The notes beneath the pieces were generated by a model that was given only the letters and a program-made list of their open reading frames with translations, made no database searches and had not been told where the DNA came from. Source: Thermoproteota archaeon (GTDB lineage: Archaea > Korarchaeota > Korarchaeia > Korarchaeales > JAOZGB01). From it: a stretch of 64,000 nucleotides of DNA. The position numbers and the translations under genes were made by a program. Positions 59,125-64,000 of the stretch are shown here, one piece after another (position 1 is the first letter of the stretch; each line of letters starts with the position of its first letter). The stretch is taken from the NCBI GenBank assembly GCA_037917685.1, contig JAVCBU010000006.1:256001-320000 (forward strand), written 5' to 3'.

Positions 59125-60168
59125 CTATCTTATACCTCCCATCGTCAACACTAGAACTGCTGCTTTAGCATACATATTGTCTTCAGCCTGTTCGTAGATA
59201 ACTGACCTGTTAGAGTCCATTACCTCGTCGTCAGCCTCGTTTCCCCGTAGGACTGGTAGTACATGGGTTACTATCCCGTGCTTATCCATTAAGTCTAGAT
59301 CTTCCATTTTAAGCCTCCAATTCCTATACTTTGCATATATCTTCAATTCTTCATTGCCGAACTTGCTTGCTCCTAGCTCTGCGAGCCTCGCAGTGCACCA
59401 GCTCCTGGGGAACACCACATGTGCACCGTCCAAAGCATCCCTGTAATCGTTAGAGAACTCAAGCGATCCACCGCTATCCTCAGCGTTTCTCCTAGCGGTT
59501 TCAACTATTTTAGGGTCTAAGTCGAAGCCTTCGGGGTGTGCTACTATAACATCCATGCCAAACCTGGTAGCTAGAAGCATCTCCGCCTGTATACTGCAAC
59601 GTCCTCTTATAACAGGGGCGTATCCCCACATTATCACATACTTCTTACCGTTAAGTCTTCCAAGCTTATTTTCAATTGTGACCATGTCGCCGATGGCCTG
59701 GGTTGGATGGTACATGTCATCAGCCATGTTAATTATGGGTACCCTAACATGCTCTGCAAACTCCCTGATTACGGCGTTCCCACGTCCATAGACGTAATCT
59801 ATAGCCTTATCCAGAATTCTTATGCCAATCGCGTCTCCGTAGATCTCATACATCTTTGCAAGGTCTTTTATGGCTTCCCCCTCTTCAATCCTTGTCATCC
59901 TCGACTCAACGTACTGGGCGTGACCGCCAAGCATGGTCATTCCTGTTTCAAAGGCAGATCTAGTCCTTGTTGAAGGGGCGAAGAACAGCATAACAAATGT
60001 CTTCCGTTCAAGGTACCTGGGCAGGCCATCTATACCCTTCGTGTAGACTGTGTGTTTAAGCTCTCTTGCAAGGTTCATAGCAGTTCTTATCTCATCTATA
60101 CTCCACTCCTGGGTGGTTATGAGGTCTCTACCCCTAAGATCATCAACGTAGTACTTCACGATGGTCAC
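59125..60168 (-). CDS. Divergent carbamoyltransferase, paralog 2
   Basis: STRTRSAF and HPTQ retained; HCLP reads HVLP and ENR reads EDN. Confidence 0.85.
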   Translation of the reverse strand: MTIVKYYVDDLRGRDLITTQEWSIDEIRTAMNLARELKHTVYTKGIDGLPRYLERKTFVMLFFAPSTRTRSAFETGMTMLGGHAQYVESRMTRIEEGEAIKDLAKMYEIYGDAIGIRILDKAIDYVYGRGNAVIREFAEHVRVPIINMADDMYHPTQAIGDMVTIENKLGRLNGKKYVIMWGYAPVIRGRCSIQAEMLLATRFGMDVIVAHPEGFDLDPKIVETARRNAEDSGGSLEFSNDYRDALDGAHVVFPRSWCTARLAELGASKFGNEELKIYAKYRNWRLKMEDLDLMDKHGIVTHVLPVLRGNEADDEVMDSNRSVIYEQAEDNMYAKAAVLVLTMGGIR

Positions 60169-60195
60169 CTCGTGCTTTATCTCATCTGATCTGTT

Positions 60196-61560
60196 TTAAG
60201 CTTTCCTTAAATATCTAGGTATAAAGCTTCCCCAGCCCCTATTCCCGACGGACTCTCCATCTTTAACTATAATCCTACCTCTAGATATGGTTGTCTTAAC
60301 CCTACCCTTAATATGTAGTCCCTCAAAGGGTGTCCAGTCTGACTTATGATGTAACAGGTCGGCTTTAATGGTCCATTCCTCTTTTGGGTCGAACAGGACG
60401 ATGTCAGCATCCGAACCTGGCGCTATAACCCCCTTCTTAGGGTAAAGGCCGAATCTTCTCGCAGGATTTAAGGCGAGCACTTCCACAAGCCTGTTCAAAT
60501 CTATGATGCCTCTGGAAACTCCGAAACCATAGACAAGTGGGACCAGAGTCTCTACACCTGGTAAGCCTGAAGGAATATTCCATATATCCTTCCATCCTTC
60601 CTCCCTTTGATGTTTAAAGGTGGGGTAGTGATCTGTAGCCACCATGTCTATCGTTCCATCCTTAAGTCCCTTCCACAACGCTTCTACATCTCTGCTCCCT
60701 CTTAGTGGAGGGTTAACCTTTGCATATGGGCCAAGCCTCTCCACATCTTTTATGGTTAAGACAAGGTATTGTGGGCAAGTCTCTACTGTAACGTTAAATC
60801 CTTTGTTCTTTCCGTATCTTATAGCCTCAACACCGCCAGCGGTGGTCAGGTGGGCCACGTGAAGCGCTGTCCTAGTGAACCCGGCAAGAACTATAACCCT
60901 CCATACAGCCTCAACCTCCGCAACCCATGGCCTGAAGCCATGATGTGCAACAGGATCTTTCCTACCGTCCCTTACAGCCACTTCAACATACCTAGATATT
61001 ATACTGTCATTCTCCGCATGAACTACTACAACCGCTTTATTCTTAGTCTTCTCCATCAATTTTAGGATTGTATAGTCCTCCGCTTTAAAGGGAGGAGCTG
61101 TAAAAGTCTTGAAAGATGATACTCCAAGGTTAACAAGCTCATCAATGTCCTTAAGATCCTCAGGTTCTTCTATCATCCCTGCGTGCAAGGAAAAGTCTAT
61201 ATAGGACAGCCTTTCTCCGGCTTTTATCTTCTCCTTTACAGAACTAACCGTTACAACAGGTGTTGTTGTGGGCATTTCAATAATAGTAGTTACACCCCCA
61301 TGGGCCGCCGCTAGGGTTCCAGTATCAAAACTGTCTCTATCACCCAAGTCTTCAGGATCATAAATGTGTACGTGGACATCTATAAAACCAGGAAGGAGAA
61401 GCATACCATTAGCCTTTATTTCAATATCTCCCTTTGGAAGGCGATTGTCACTTCCAATCTGGACTATTTTACCATTTGATACAGATACCCCTCCCTCGAC
61501 AAGAATGCCGTTATAAAAGACCTTCGCTCCTCTAATGGTTAGTTCAACAAGTTCTCCCAC
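60196..61560 (-). CDS. Cyclic amidohydrolase (dihydropyrimidinase/allantoinase family)
   Basis: PGFIDVHVH, GGVTT, SFK (carboxy-Lys), VHAEN, HVAHL, ETCPQYL, NPPLR, ATDH and GSDAD. Confidence 0.9.
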   Translation of the reverse strand: MGELVELTIRGAKVFYNGILVEGGVSVSNGKIVQIGSDNRLPKGDIEIKANGMLLLPGFIDVHVHIYDPEDLGDRDSFDTGTLAAAHGGVTTIIEMPTTTPVVTVSSVKEKIKAGERLSYIDFSLHAGMIEEPEDLKDIDELVNLGVSSFKTFTAPPFKAEDYTILKLMEKTKNKAVVVVHAENDSIISRYVEVAVRDGRKDPVAHHGFRPWVAEVEAVWRVIVLAGFTRTALHVAHLTTAGGVEAIRYGKNKGFNVTVETCPQYLVLTIKDVERLGPYAKVNPPLRGSRDVEALWKGLKDGTIDMVATDHYPTFKHQREEGWKDIWNIPSGLPGVETLVPLVYGFGVSRGIIDLNRLVEVLALNPARRFGLYPKKGVIAPGSDADIVLFDPKEEWTIKADLLHHKSDWTPFEGLHIKGRVKTTISRGRIIVKDGESVGNRGWGSFIPRYLRKA

Positions 61561-61636
61561 ATGAGATGTTCACCTCCGCTAACGTATAAACTTTCTATTT
61601 TGTATTCGCAGGTGATGTCATGCTGAATAAGACATG

Positions 61637-61643
61637 TTTAAAT
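61637..61643 (+). promoter_or_regulatory. TATA box of the putative sRNA
   Basis: TTTAAAT at -28 to -22 relative to G61665. Confidence 0.5.
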
Positions 61644-61664
61644 GGTTGCAGGAGCATGTAATTT

Positions 61665-61730
61665 GGGGGATGAGGAGGGCGAACATCGAAACGAGATTTA
61701 TCGATGAGGTACCCAGTTCACCCTGACCCC
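61665..61730 (+). ncRNA. Candidate C/D box guide sRNA
   Basis: GGGG terminal stem, box C-like AUGAGGA, internal C'-like CGAUGA, box D CUGA, CCCC, then UUU; about 66 nt, intergenic, with an upstream TATA box. Confidence 0.68.
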
Positions 61731-61747
61731 TTTGATGCCATAGAAAC

Positions 61748-62443
61748 CTACAGCCTTGTTAACGTTATCTTTTGGGATGCCGGTAGTGAAACATTGTAGA
61801 GTTTAACGCCCCCCATATTGTACTCTATAATTTTCGCATAATGAAGGTGGGCGTAGAAGACGATGCTAGGCTTTTTCTCTATGATAACTTTCTCGAATCC
61901 TGGATGGCCCAGCCATGGATACGCGCTCTTCTTCTCTCCTATCATAACCTTGAAGCTTGGAGCATAATGCATTAGTAGGATGACCCTGTCAGCGTGCTTC
62001 CAAGATTCTTCTATAATCTTAGAAATGTTTTCTACTCTTTTCCTGTATCTTTCAGCTATTCCGGGAATATGCTTTGCCTGCCAGCCTGTAGGCCGGTATA
62101 GACTTCCCTGGGTTCCACATATGCCCACTACTCTCTGGTCTATGTGGATATACTCAACCTCATCGTCTAGGAATCTAACCCTAGCCCCATATATTTTTCT
62201 TAAGCTTTCACGCTTATTTTCAAACTCCTCATTACCAAAACATGCAAAAATCTTTACATCGTTGCCAATATGTTCATCTATGGCCTTCAATACCGTTGCA
62301 TACTCTAATATCAAGCCTCGATAAATCATGTCACCTGCAAGGAGCATGATATCAGGCTTACGGGTTATATTAGATAGTGCCTGTCTGAATAGACCTAGAT
62401 ATCTTGGGGAATGAACATCGCCGACAGCTGCTATTAACATCAC
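61748..62443 (-). CDS. Calcineurin-like metallophosphoesterase
   Basis: GDVH, AGD, GNEE, MHYAP and AHLH. Confidence 0.88.
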   Translation of the reverse strand: MMLIAAVGDVHSPRYLGLFRQALSNITRKPDIMLLAGDMIYRGLILEYATVLKAIDEHIGNDVKIFACFGNEEFENKRESLRKIYGARVRFLDDEVEYIHIDQRVVGICGTQGSLYRPTGWQAKHIPGIAERYRKRVENISKIIEESWKHADRVILLMHYAPSFKVMIGEKKSAYPWLGHPGFEKVIIEKKPSIVFYAHLHYAKIIEYNMGGVKLYNVSLPASQKITLTRL

Positions 62444-62516
62444 TAATCTAATCTTTGTATCTTTTATTATCTTTCAGCCTACCTTATTATAAAAGCCATA
62501 CTGGTAGTATGACCTG

Positions 62517-64000
<1,484 letters not shown>

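Overview
Archaeal chromosomal window, most likely Thermoproteota/TACK (ribosomal protein S26e, Alba, Rpo6, TFB, thermosome, tetraether synthase). It is densely coding; I found no CRISPR array, tRNA, rRNA or intact transposase. The left half is mostly housekeeping: porDAB, wecB, hps, Lhr, thermosome, MtaB, Hsp20, Trm112, Tsr3, TFB, aIF1, an S-layer protein, ThiI and Tes. The right half (35-64 kb) is a salvage and catabolism region: type II pantothenate kinase with an ECF S-component, IorAB, a ThrC-like enzyme, two paralogous carbamoyltransferases, MTAP, a PfkB kinase, adenine deaminase, ADP-forming acyl-CoA synthetase, a class III aminotransferase, vapBC, H+-PPase, a nucleoside ABC transporter, a cyclic amidohydrolase and ribose-1,5-bisphosphate isomerase. 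Main leads: (1) an uninterrupted form III-like RuBisCO homolog that has lost essentially all catalytic residues, next to the R15P isomerase and in the same window as two divergent AMP phosphorylases; (2) a possible nucleobase/ureide catabolic route built on two paralogous carbamoyltransferases; (3) a TFB whose zinc ribbon has no canonical start codon; (4) an unannotated C/D-box sRNA candidate and a zinc-finger microprotein. All family calls come from motif recognition by eye; no database search was run.
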